DNA of 64,000 nt, taken from Tubiluchus corallicola. Lineage: Eukaryota > Animalia > Priapulida. The position numbers and the translations under genes were made by a program. The stretch spans positions 806,001 through 870,000 of the forward strand of contig JAQGDQ010000046.1 of assembly GCA_030141605.1 (NCBI GenBank). Direction: 5' to 3'. The notes under the pieces were generated by a model. It was not told the DNA's origin. It made no database searches and was given only the letters and a program-made list of their open reading frames with translations. Below, one piece after another: positions 1-19,470 of the stretch. How positions within the stretch are numbered: position 1 is the stretch's first letter; each line of letters starts with the position of its first letter.

Positions 1-29
1 TCATATAATATTTCTGACAGAGTGATCAT

Positions 30-143
30 TTTTTGTTTCCGACAGATAAAATTGTAAAAGAACAGCGGATTCCTAGGCGTAATCGACCAGAAAAGAACTG
101 AACACCAAGGCAAGCAAGCAGGATTTCTATGTCTGCTGTTTGG
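30..143 (+). pseudogene. Degenerate THAP-domain fragment (probable DNA-transposon remnant)
   Basis: Reads FLFPTDKIVKEQRIPRRNRPEKN*TPRQASRISMSAVW. This matches THAP spacing (FP..D....W....R...W.P...R.C) with the W, W and C positions each one base from the consensus codon (CGG, TGA, TCT). Confidence 0.4.
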
Positions 144-1489
144 AATACTTAGGCAGCAAAGGATCTATAAAATTTCATAAGATAAATATCATTATTTGTA
201 ATGTTTGGTTAACATCGATGAAACAAACTTATTTATATTTATAAAAAGATTACACAACTGTACAAAAAAATATATTCCCACAGACTTCTTTCTGTACAAT
301 TTTGTTATACACTGGATAGCAAGACTGGAATAGATTTAAATAATGGTCACAATATCGAGTGTTAACATTTCTGAAACATCTTAGAAAAATTTTTTTTTGC
401 AAAGGCTGAAAGACATTTCAAAAATGTTTTCTGTTTTTTTTTGTAAAATTACTTAATGTAATAAAGTACTAAATGACAAATAATTTTACAAAAAAAACAG
501 CAAATATTTTTACTAATGATTAATTTGATGGCTAATTTATTTGTCATCAATCTTTCCTGTCATTTCTTGTTTGTTAGATGTCACGTATGGTTTGTCACTG
601 GCAGCCTAGTTTTTTGCTGTTATAGCACAATTTAACATTATTAGCCTAAATTTTTTCGAAGTTTGTAGTCCTAGAGCTGCTAGACCTGGTACATCGACAA
701 TGCAAAAAATGGCTTTCCACTATTCATCAGTCTTTTATGTGCATTTACGGTATTTCAAATGCACCATATCATAGTTCCATTGTAAGCCACTAACCTGGTT
801 CTACTTACAGATGATAGTAGTTTGCTGGTTTCAACTTTGTCTATTTTTTTGGGAAACACTCCTCCATAGATGTAGACAGGGGATTGTATTTCCCTGGGCT
901 CATGTGTGTAGTTTAGCACATAGCCACCTTTCTTGTTGTCATTGATATATGTGGATGTCCATGTTGACATAGGCCTCATCACGAGATTTTGGCTTTTCCA
1001 GGCAAACACAGACGTCAGATATATGTATATCTGCATACAGCAGGGCTTCATATTCAGATTCTCCTTCTTTAGTGACAGTGCTGACGTCATGGTTCTGCTG
1101 GATTCTTCTCTGTGTCAATCTATATCTACTGTTGCTTCGCTTTGTCCACTCTGATTTCTATTGGTTTTGGTAGCACTATGGCTTCTTTTCTGCATTTTCA
1201 TAGTTATACAATTTTTTTTCCAATGTTTTATTTTAGTACACACTCTGCAAATTGAATTTCTGGCCTGGCACTAATCTTATCATGAGTGATCCTGCTTCAC
1301 AACACCAGTACACTGTTTATTAAAAAACAAGTTCTTGTCTTAGCTTTACATTTGCGTATGCTAATGTTCTCTGTTACGTCTGCACTACTGAATCCTTACA
1401 TTCAAACTGCTGTACGCTTTTTGTTAGTTTTTATTCTAACTTGTATTTGGTAGTTATATGGCCGCTACACAATCTATCTTTTGAAGGTA

Positions 1490-2101
1490 TTATTCTGATG
1501 ATAAAAAAATGTACATTGTTTTTTATTTAAAAACCAGTGTCCCTAATAACTCCCCTTTTTGGGATGAATAGACTCTATTTCTTATTTTTATATTTATTTA
1601 AATATAAACTTATTTTTAGTTCACATACCCATCTTGAATTACTTGAGGTGAAAAGGGACACAAAAAATCAGTTATGTTGATATCTAAGCTAAATCTATAC
1701 AAAGCTTGGTTAGATAGCACTGACATCAAAATTCACCATTCTCTCCAACTGACCACATACCTTAGAACTAGAACATTTTAGGATGTGCTGTAGCTCCCAA
1801 AATTTGCTCATTGTATTGTGCTAGCAGAGAGTTATTTATAACGTGCATGGCATGCTGTCCGGATTCACCCCATTGATTATATCAAACTAAGTCTAAAACT
1901 GCTCAAAAGTGGACAAAAAATAAAGAGCAACTCAAAATTTAAAAAAATTGTTAGGTATTACTAATGATAAGTCACTCAATCTGGTCTGTAATAGATGTGG
2001 CATAGTAGTAGCATTGTAACGTAGTAGAGGCTTTAATAACTTTTCTTGGGTTTTGTCCCTATTCGTTCCACTGTCCCTATTCACCCAGTTTTACGGTACT
2101 G
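1490..2101. mobile_element. DNA-transposon/MITE-like insertion splitting the Gypsy gag
   Basis: Right end reverse-complements to CAGTACCGTAAAACTGGGTGAATAGGGACA, with a subterminal repeat of TGTCCCTATTC. The left terminus is not clearly preserved, so that boundary is approximate. Confidence 0.4.
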
Positions 2102-2230
2102 GTATTTTTCATCTGTAAATGTTTGTGACTGTTGACTGCAGCTTCAAATGTCTGCCCTAGTTGCAAAGAGTCCTCTAAAATGTAGCCTTTCAGTTGATCC
2201 AGCAGATATTTTTTATATTTGTTCAATAAT

Positions 2231-2340
2231 TCCTTCTGAGCATTCTATCTCTGTGAAGATACACTTTAATGTTTTTTCTGCATCTTCCTTCTGAGCATTC
2301 TATCTCTGCGAAGTTACACTTTAATGTTTTTTCTGCATCT
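2231..2340. repeat. ~55 bp direct tandem duplication inside Gypsy gag
   Basis: TTCCTTCTGAGCATTCTATCTCTG(T/C)GAAG(A/T)TACACTTTAATGTTTTTT(T)CTGCATCT occurs twice in tandem. Confidence 0.9.
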
Positions 2341-3414
2341 TGTACAAAGACTTTCTAGAGTTTCCTGTTCATGTTGATAAAATACTGATGTTAAAAATTC
2401 TCCACAGATCGTTATAACTGGGCTTTGAAATATTTCTAGATGTGTGTTGGATTTCGTTTTGCTCATCAGACAGAATCCATGAGTTATATCTACGCAGACC
2501 TTCAATATCTATACCTCTAAGCACATATGGTACATGGTTCTCCGTTTCAATGTTTTTAATTTGGAAAAATGTCCATGTTTTGTCGAAGTAGTTCCAATTT
2601 TATCAGTGAACTTGCTATGTAACAGTTTTTCCTGCTCAATCAATCTGCCAACATGCTGAACTTGCAACAGGCTGATGCTGGGCGATGTGTGATACTGCGT
2701 ATGTAACGGCGTGCCGATCTACGACTAATTAACTAATAGTCTTCTCATTAAATGCTCAATATCTTACCCGTACATTTCGATAAAACAGCACGCACCGATG
2801 ATTTCCATTCCCTGCTTGTAAGTCTCATTCTTGTCATTATCTCTACACTTGACCGTTATCATAAAGTGAATGGACGAAACGACATTAAACTATAACATCT
2901 TTATTGCAGCCATTATTGAGCATACACAATATCATTTTGCAGAACTAAATAGATCCACTACAGTGCGTAGCCTACTCCTACTACTAGGTCAACGCACAGT
3001 CGCACGCTACACAGTAGTTAAACAAGCAATGATACAAATAATTTTTCCTTTACTTACAACTCGTCATCTACGTCTTCTTTTTTCCCTCGTTTTGGCTTGC
3101 CCATTTTTAGTAATCAGTGTTTTTATGCCTTCGTGTGATTTCGCACAATATGCTTTAATCGACGTTTAATCTACTAATTCGCAGTTCACACACGCATGTA
3201 ATCAACATCACTTAATTCTGGTACCAAAATTCTGGTTCACGATTCTGATTAGAAATTGACTACGATTGCAGCTGGTTTTCGTTTTTTTGCTATGCCATAG
3301 ATATTAAAGAATAATGACATAAGATAAACGATAAATCGTGAGAGTAGATAGCATGGTAAAGAGTTCAATCATGATTTGTGAATCAAGAGAAGAGAGAATT
3401 TTTTCAAGAGAGAA

Positions 3415-4530
3415 TTTTATTCATTTTCCACATTGCATCTTACAATTAGCATTAAAATACAGATAATTTTCCATTTGAGTAAATATAAATATAAATATAA
3501 ATATGAATAAATGCAGTATTATCAAGAAATTACAGAATGCGGGATATACATGTGCAAATTTCATTACAGAATAATTTTTTGATGCATACAGTTTGAGCCT
3601 AAAAGCATAGCTTGACAGGCCAAACTGTATGTGGAAATCTTAAAAAAAAAATGGGGGGGAGTAGTGAATGAAAGATGAAATGGAGCGAGAACTAAGAAAA
3701 ACTCTGATCATGGTTACAAAGTGTTCGGTATCCTGTTAAACATAGTCACGTTATATTAAGATTACTGTCGGAAAAAATGCAGGTTATTACCATTATTAAA
3801 TTGTGTTACTCTTAATACTTTTGAAATATTTCTTTTCTGGCGGTTTTTTTAAAAGTTAAAAGGGAGTGACTACATTTCGAATTGCGGCTTAGTCTGTTCC
3901 ATAGGACTGGCCCCATATAGCTAATGAAGTGTTTCGCCATATTTGTTCTACAACGTCTTGGTATATATTCTTTATGTCTGGTATTGTATTTTTTTACATT
4001 TATCTTGACTGGATTTTCAAAAAAAGTTGGAAATAAGTTGTTGTTGGTTCTATACATGTATATACATCCATTAAAATTAATAACATCATCCAGAAGTAAT
4101 ATTTGACATTGCTTAAAATGTGTAGTAGTAAGTGTGCTCCTTTTGTCTAGTTTGAAGATGACACGTAAAAATTTTCGTTGTAAAACTCTTAAGCATTCTA
4201 AATTTGTAGTATAAGTAAAACCCCATAATGTTGTGCAGTAATTTAAATATGATAATATTAAACTGTTGTATAATGTTAGAAGATGTTCGGTGTTCAGAAA
4301 GTTTTTAATATATGAGATGATACCTATATTTTTTGATATTTTTAATCTGATCATGAATATATGTGGTCACCAGTCTAGATGCTCATTCAGTATTAATCTC
4401 AGAAATTTCAGTTCTTTTACACGTGTAATTCTTTTGTGGTCTATTATTAAATCGTGGTTCGCCTGAATTGGTTTATTTCGGGATCTAAACAGAATGTATT
4501 TTGTTTTTGATGAATTTAGTGAAAGTCTAT
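3415..4530 (-). mobile_element. 5'-truncated CR1/L2(Crack)-type LINE: RT C-terminus and 3' UTR
   Basis: LNSSKTKYILF upstream, then ORF 3812-4354 (KISKNIGII..LYNSLILSYLNYCTTLWG..LQRKFLRVI..YNTRH..YMGPVLWNRL..FKK). Minus-strand AATAAA near 3420 is followed by a short TTCTCTCTTG repeat tail. Confidence 0.85.
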
Positions 4531-4642
4531 TTGTTTTGAACAATGATAATAATAATTCAAGTAATAGCGATGATGATGCAAAAAATAATTATACAATGAT
4601 GTGAGTAATAATAATAGCTCAAATGAGAGAGTGTGTGACCAG

Positions 4643-4988
4643 TAGGGGTGAGCATCGAACGTTCGAGTTCGAACATTCGAATCGAATTCGAACGCTCGAA
4701 TTCGGTTCGAACGAGTTTTTTTAGTTCGAACTCGATTCGAATCCAAAATAGATTCGAATAATCATGCAATTAACATTATTTAGTTGTTATTTCTTCGCAC
4801 AACTTTAAGCAAATTACTAGTCGTTATATTGCAGAACAAAATCTAGTGATATGCATGATCTTTGTAAATCTAATTTTTACTGGTGGTTTGAAAACTAGTT
4901 CGAAAATCGTTCTATCTCAATTCGAATTCGAAACACTGAAGTTCGGTTCGATTCGAATTTGCTTTCTGGTAGAGAATGCTCACCCCTA
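4643..4988. mobile_element. hAT-superfamily MITE (346 bp), TTCGAA-rich
   Basis: Perfect 13 bp TIR TAGGGGTGAGCAT/ATGCTCACCCCTA, perfect 8 bp TSD GTGACCAG (4635-4642 and 4989-4996), and dense subterminal TTCGAA motifs. Confidence 0.9.
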
Positions 4989-5129
4989 GTGACCAGATAC
5001 TATAAGGCTCTGGATTTGATTCCTGTACATCTGACTTACAATTTTTCAGCATCTTCATTTAATTGATCATTAGATTTAGTACAATTTAGCTGCAGTTTCT
5101 GTGCAAAACTGTTAACAAACTAATGGCGG

Positions 5130-5335
5130 TTTTACTGCAGAACAAAATCAAGTTATGTGCATGATCTCTGTAAGACGACTTTTTACTAGTGATTCAAAAA
5201 CTGGTTCGAAAACCTTTCAAACTCAATTCGAATTCGATTTGAATTTGAAATACTAAATTTTGTTCGATTCGAATTCAAAAGTCACAAATTCGATTCGATT
5301 CGAATTCGCTTTCTGGGAGAGATTGCTCAACCCTA
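5130..5335. mobile_element. Partial second copy of the TTCGAA-rich hAT MITE
   Basis: Shares TGCAGAACAAAATC..ATGTGCATGATCT..TTTTTACT with 4830-4880 and ends in TTGCTCAACCCTA; left end missing. Confidence 0.75.
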
Positions 5336-6072
5336 TTGAGCAGACAATGTTGGAATTTTTCTTCATTATACGCCGACTTCGGTATCTAAGAATAATTAAG
5401 CTATCAAGATATTGCATTTTTTCCACGAATCGTCCGTCTTCTTATTGTTCACCATATTATTATTATTTAATTTTATAATCGTAAACATCATCGCAGTTGA
5501 GCTTAATAAAATAACTATTCAGGCCAGTGTGAACCTGACTTAATAAATTTTAATTTAGTAGCCAAGGTGGCTCCATCTAGTTGGAAAGCTTAAAGTGTGG
5601 GCATTGACCTAGTTAAGTTTTCATTATGCTGTTCTGTAATATGTGCGAACATGTGCATTATGCAAGCTAACGAAATATTTCAGTAGATATATGCCGCAAT
5701 AATGTAAGTTTATTTCTATTAATTTTTATTTTGATTTATTCATTGATTGGACTAAATAACTGTCAATCTAACTAAACTATGCAACTTTTCAAAAAATTTG
5801 CCAATGTCAGTCACTTTTGCTTTTCTATTTTAATTTTTTAATATTGCAGAAATAAAGAGCAGTGGTTTACATGAAATTCAACTGAGACTTTTGAAGATTT
5901 GTCATAAATGCCTCTCAGCGACACTAACAATAACCGTTGCAGCTCTTGCTTTTGCGCGAATCACGGACTAGTTTTAGCGTTTGCGTAAAGTCGTGAATGC
6001 TTAACGCAACAGAGAAACAGCTGAGCGCAACCACTGTTTATAAGTTTTATCGATTTTCAGCTTTTTAACTAG

Positions 6073-14971
<8,899 letters not shown>

Positions 14972-15831
14972 CTGTGAATCTGTGATATGAAATTTTTATC
15001 CTGCAACTGTACATAAGGTATGCTGGTATTAACTATTAATTTATTTATTAGCGAAATCAGTTTTCATCATTAGAATAATCAGAATCATCAGTCTACTAAA
15101 TTGTACTGGTATTCTGCAAAAACTATACTAAATAACAATGTATCAATTTGACATTTGTAAAAATTAAAAATACGTTAACTATAGAAAGTTGCAGTTTCAT
15201 TAAACTGTTATATAATTTATTCTGAAACAAGACGTTTTTTCAAAGATGTAAATTTTAACACAGAAACTGAAGAGCAGATTACTACCATATTTTGACCAAC
15301 ATGGAGTGACCGAATGGCCGAGAGCGTCATACAATCATCATTTTCTAATAATGCAGAACTATAACTGAAACTTGTATCATCAGTACAACTTTTGCTAAAA
15401 GAATTGTGTAAATCATATTTTACTGCTGCACATGTTTTTCTATTTATGTTACAGTATTTACTTAAGCACAAAAAACGTGCATATAGTTACAAAATAAAAC
15501 TAAACATTGAACTTAGAAATAAGTTAACGTTCTTCATTTATTTTGTTGTATACATTATACAGTAATTACAACCAACTTGTAAATAATTTTTACATTTGTC
15601 TTACACTACCTACATTACAATTATTTATCATTTTTGTACATTTGACTGTTGTATTATCACTATTGTGTAAACAAATTTAATTATTGCTAATGTGATGTAA
15701 AATGCAGCAAAAGTTCTGTACAGTTTTACATTCTTATATTATGTGGTACTGTTCCACAAACTGTTTTTATAAACGATCATTGCTAAATGTTAATAATGAT
15801 TTTAATGTAATGCAACATTCACTGTATATAT

Positions 15832-15970
15832 AATAAATACATGTATTTTTTAAGAACAAAATTTAACTTTTACTGCTGCTCTGGTAGTTGCTTACTCTTA
15901 ATAAACATTTTTTGAAAAAACTTCATTCTCTTCGATAGTCCTTAATCTGCATTATTTCTGATGCAATAAA
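15832..15970 (+). promoter_or_regulatory. Cluster of candidate TMEM144 polyadenylation signals
   Basis: AATAAA hexamers near 15833, 15900 and 15965 (another near 15493) downstream of the TAA at 14971; the AT-rich background makes chance hits likely. Confidence 0.35.
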
Positions 15971-16889
15971 CAGAATTAAATGATAGTACAGTTGAATATG
16001 AACATAATTAATACAAACTTTTAAATAAATTGATCACTACACGTAATTGTATATAACATATTCTATACAACAGAAAATTATTGCAATGCAAATTTTTCTG
16101 GCTCACTAGGATAGGAGCTTTGTCCCTATGTGATCAGGTTTACAAATAAGGTCATTTTAGATGTAGCATTTCAAGAAATGCATGTTTCAACACACTACTG
16201 TAGTTTATAAACATAATGTGGTGCACTAATGCACTATTTTCAATTAACTAATGGTTTTAGTCAGTATCAACCTGGTATTTCAGATTTAAAATGCAAATGA
16301 CTATAGATGTGTGACTAGTGTAAAAAATGGCATCATTATCGTTCGTGTTTGCCGTTTGTTGAATGTTTGCCTGGTTCAGCAATAGTAAGATAAAAATTCA
16401 TTATCTTGAAAATCAGAAGCACCCAGTCATTGTGTTTACATCCAACTATCACAAATTGCATTTTTAAAGAGCTATTGTCTTACCAACCTTTTCTAGTCAT
16501 GAAGAACACATTTTCCTATCCCACTTTACACATCTTTAAGACAGTTTAGTTAAAGGCACAACATTATGCAAGAAAGTAAGATTTTACTTCAAAAAAAATT
16601 ATATAAATTAATATAGTTAGAGATCAGGTAGGATTAACCTTTATCTTGAGGTTAATGTTTTCTTACGAAAGAGATACTTGTGTGTCAAAGCTTTATACTT
16701 CAAGTCTTGCGTTTTAAAAATGACAGCTTTAAAACTCTGTGTACACGGCTGGGTTACACGGTCCATCAAAATCGGACTGTCAAATCAGTCGTGTGAAGCT
16801 ACATAAATTATTTATGTGACCAGATAAAATTGGATCACTTCACAACAAAGGGAAAATTTAACATCTGACTTGTTTTTTCACCTTATTTA

Positions 16890-19165
16890 GAATTTAAACA
16901 TGGCTGCAGCCGCTTACAAGTGGAATTATGTTAGCTAAATTGGAGGTATTGTTTTAAGGCAAATAAGATGATGATTTTAGTATACAGATATAGGTTTTAA
17001 AGGTAAAGGACGTAGGGTAGCATTTAGTATGGCAGCCATCTTGTAGAAGGCTGTTGCTAGCATATAACGACCACATCTTAGCTGTTGGTGCAGATAAGGT
17101 GATGATTTTGGTGTGTAAATGTAATTTTTCGAGGATAATGATCCATGTCTGATGCTTAAAAAACCTATGACATCATCTATTTATGATTTCAAGATTGTTG
17201 CAACGAGCTTTAAAAGACAGCTGCTGTGTAAAACATTAACTATATTTTGCATGTTCTACTTGAAATAGGACGATGAATTTCATATTAAATAAAAATTTTA
17301 AAGAATCGGGGGTAGTATTATTATTATTCATGTTGAACTATGACAATATCAGGTATGTACTAAGAATGAGCATCGAACATTTGAGTTCAAACTTTCGAAT
17401 TTAAAATTGCAGATTCGAATAATTCAGCATTTCAACTACACATGTCACTAAAACGTTTACAATTAGTGCAATTTAACTCCCATTTCTGGACACAATTTTT
17501 AAACGAATTATTAGTATTCTTACTGCAGAACAGAATCAAGTAATATGCACAATCTTTATGAGACCCCACTTTATATTAGTGATTCGAAAATTTTTAAAAC
17601 TGGATTCAAATTCGATTCAAAATCTCGAAAGTTAATTGATCAGAGTTAGAAACTTATAAATTTGATTCAATTGGAATTTAGTTTCTGGCACGGAATGATC
17701 ACCTCTAGTACGTACATCACACATTCAATGTAGGGTCTGATAAAGAAGACAGTAGTAAGAAACCAACAGTTCATACGTCCTGGTATATTACATAGATAAC
17801 ATTAGAGCTAAAACAGTTGGTCACACTCACTACCACTTTTGCACAAAGCTGTGTAAACAAGACTTGCTTTCACACATTTAAATCTGCCATGGCGTCTTTT
17901 GGCTGGCTGGCAGACACACTTAATCAGTTGCTGACATCCTCCATGTCTTAATGTCCAAATTGATTACCATGTCACTTCAGTGGCACTTTTCCAGCCCCAG
18001 TCAAATGGTAATGGTTAAGCTGGAGCAGCAATCAATGCCTGGCCTAATATTATCCTACCTGATATACACATGTCTGATGTGGTCCAACATTGTGGCAGAT
18101 TTTGCAGGAATTGCCTCCACTGACATTCCCTTTCTTGTAAACAAGCCTTTACATGCTTCGCCAGCAGACTTCAGTGTGCTAGCTTCGTCATACAGAAGTA
18201 CAACAAAACGTTTTGGCACAGGCATGAGTTCAGTCAGCGTTCAGCTCTAGCCGTGTTTCTTAGGGATGCAAATGCTTTTGCAACCCCATTCAAACACTTG
18301 CCATGTGGGTCAAGTCATATATTATCCACCTTTTGTAAATGCTGAAATCATATCACAACTAGTATTGCTATGGAATATGACAGAGCTGATGTTTTTTTCA
18401 TGATATGGCTACAATTTCAGCCTTTACTAGCAGATACTATCCCAAATCATTGATCTTTAAAATTTGTATCTACATACGAAACTCATTGTCTTGTCTCCAG
18501 TAGAACATGCAATATAGCTAATGCATTACGTAAGTGCTCATACAGCCATACTTTAAACCTTGTGGCAGTCATCTTGGAATCCTAAATAGGTGATGTCATA
18601 GGTACTTTTAAGCATCTGATGTGGAATCTTTGAGTGAGAAAAACTACATTTAAATGCAAAAATCATCATCTGATCTCCACTAGCAGCTAAAAGGTGGCCT
18701 TTATATGCTAGTGACAGTCACCTTTTCGGGCGTCTTAAAATGGCGACCATAATGGATACTACATTAAATCATTGACCCTTGAAAGCTGTATATAGATACT
18801 AAAATCACTACTTTGCACTTTATTTGTCTTAAACACGCAGCATAGCTAATATATTACACAAGTGACTGCAACCGTCTTGGCAGCCGTCTTGAAATTTAAG
18901 TGAGGTGAAGCCATATAGGTGTTTTTAAGCATCAGGTATGGATTCTTTACCTTGAAAACCTATATTTAGGCACCAAAATCGTCATTTTATTTGCTCTAAC
19001 AGCTGAGATATGGCTTTTAAAAACTAGGAATAGCCATCTTGGCAACCTTTGGATTACTTTTGAATGGCTTCACATCCAAAATTAATCACCTTTGCAGTTT
19101 CAACATTTTGCAAAGATACATAACTTTTAGATGAAACCAAAGTTTTTCACTATTCTGCTAGGCTA
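16890..19165 (-). mobile_element. Academ-like DNA transposon deletion derivative: long inverted, internally repetitive arms around a decayed C-terminal coding fragment
   Basis: 17820-18310 on - reads KRFVVLLYDEAS..LFTRKG..EAIP..YQVG..PFDWGWK..CQQLIKCVC..FKCVKASLVYTALC..C, resembling the XPG-tail/Cys-rich end of Academ proteins. The arm at 16890-17300 is a diverged reverse complement of 18550-19040. The right terminus reads TAGCCTAGCAGAATAG on - at 19165. Left boundary approximate. Confidence 0.7.
17361..17707. mobile_element. Third, older copy of the TTCGAA-rich hAT MITE nested in the Academ-like element
   Basis: Ends TAAGAATGAGCATCGAAC / GAATGATCACCTCTA; 8 bp TSD GTATGTAC / GTACGTAC; internal TGCAGAACAGAATCAAG shared with 4643-4988. 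Confidence 0.8.
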
Positions 19166-19470
19166 TATATGCTGGGAAACCGGTGGCCATTTTGCTTTTT
19201 GCTTATCACTGTTTAAATCGCTTTGCACCCTTTCTGGGGTCTAGCAGCAGGTTTGTAGATTAGGCAAAGTCGAATTATTGACATGGTTATTATTGGAATT
19301 ATTCATTCCCATGCTTATACTAGCTGTCAGATGGCCTTTGTCGAATTTATCGGTCAGTGATTATTGGACCTTGCAAACTTCTCCGACACAGGCCCAATTG
19401 TACTCAGCAATGGATCATGTAAATTGGGCTTTATGGAAGTTGTTCCAGATGAAGTGTTTCACGAAAGCAG

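Larger units (their letters stand above)
560..2600 (-). mobile_element. Decayed Ty3/Gypsy LTR retrotransposon, gag plus aspartic protease, interrupted by an insertion at ~1490-2100
   Basis: Gag-like segments at 2100-2600 (GLRRYNSWILSDEQ, ETLESLCTRCR, LLDQLKGYILEDSLQLGQTFEAA). Intact CX2CX4HX4C knuckle CRVCTKIKHWKKNC within 1208-1270. Decayed protease KLHT*AQGNTIP at ~886-917, then RLVAYNG and FCIVDVPGLAALGLQ. Many stops and frameshifts; LTRs not identified. Confidence 0.75.
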
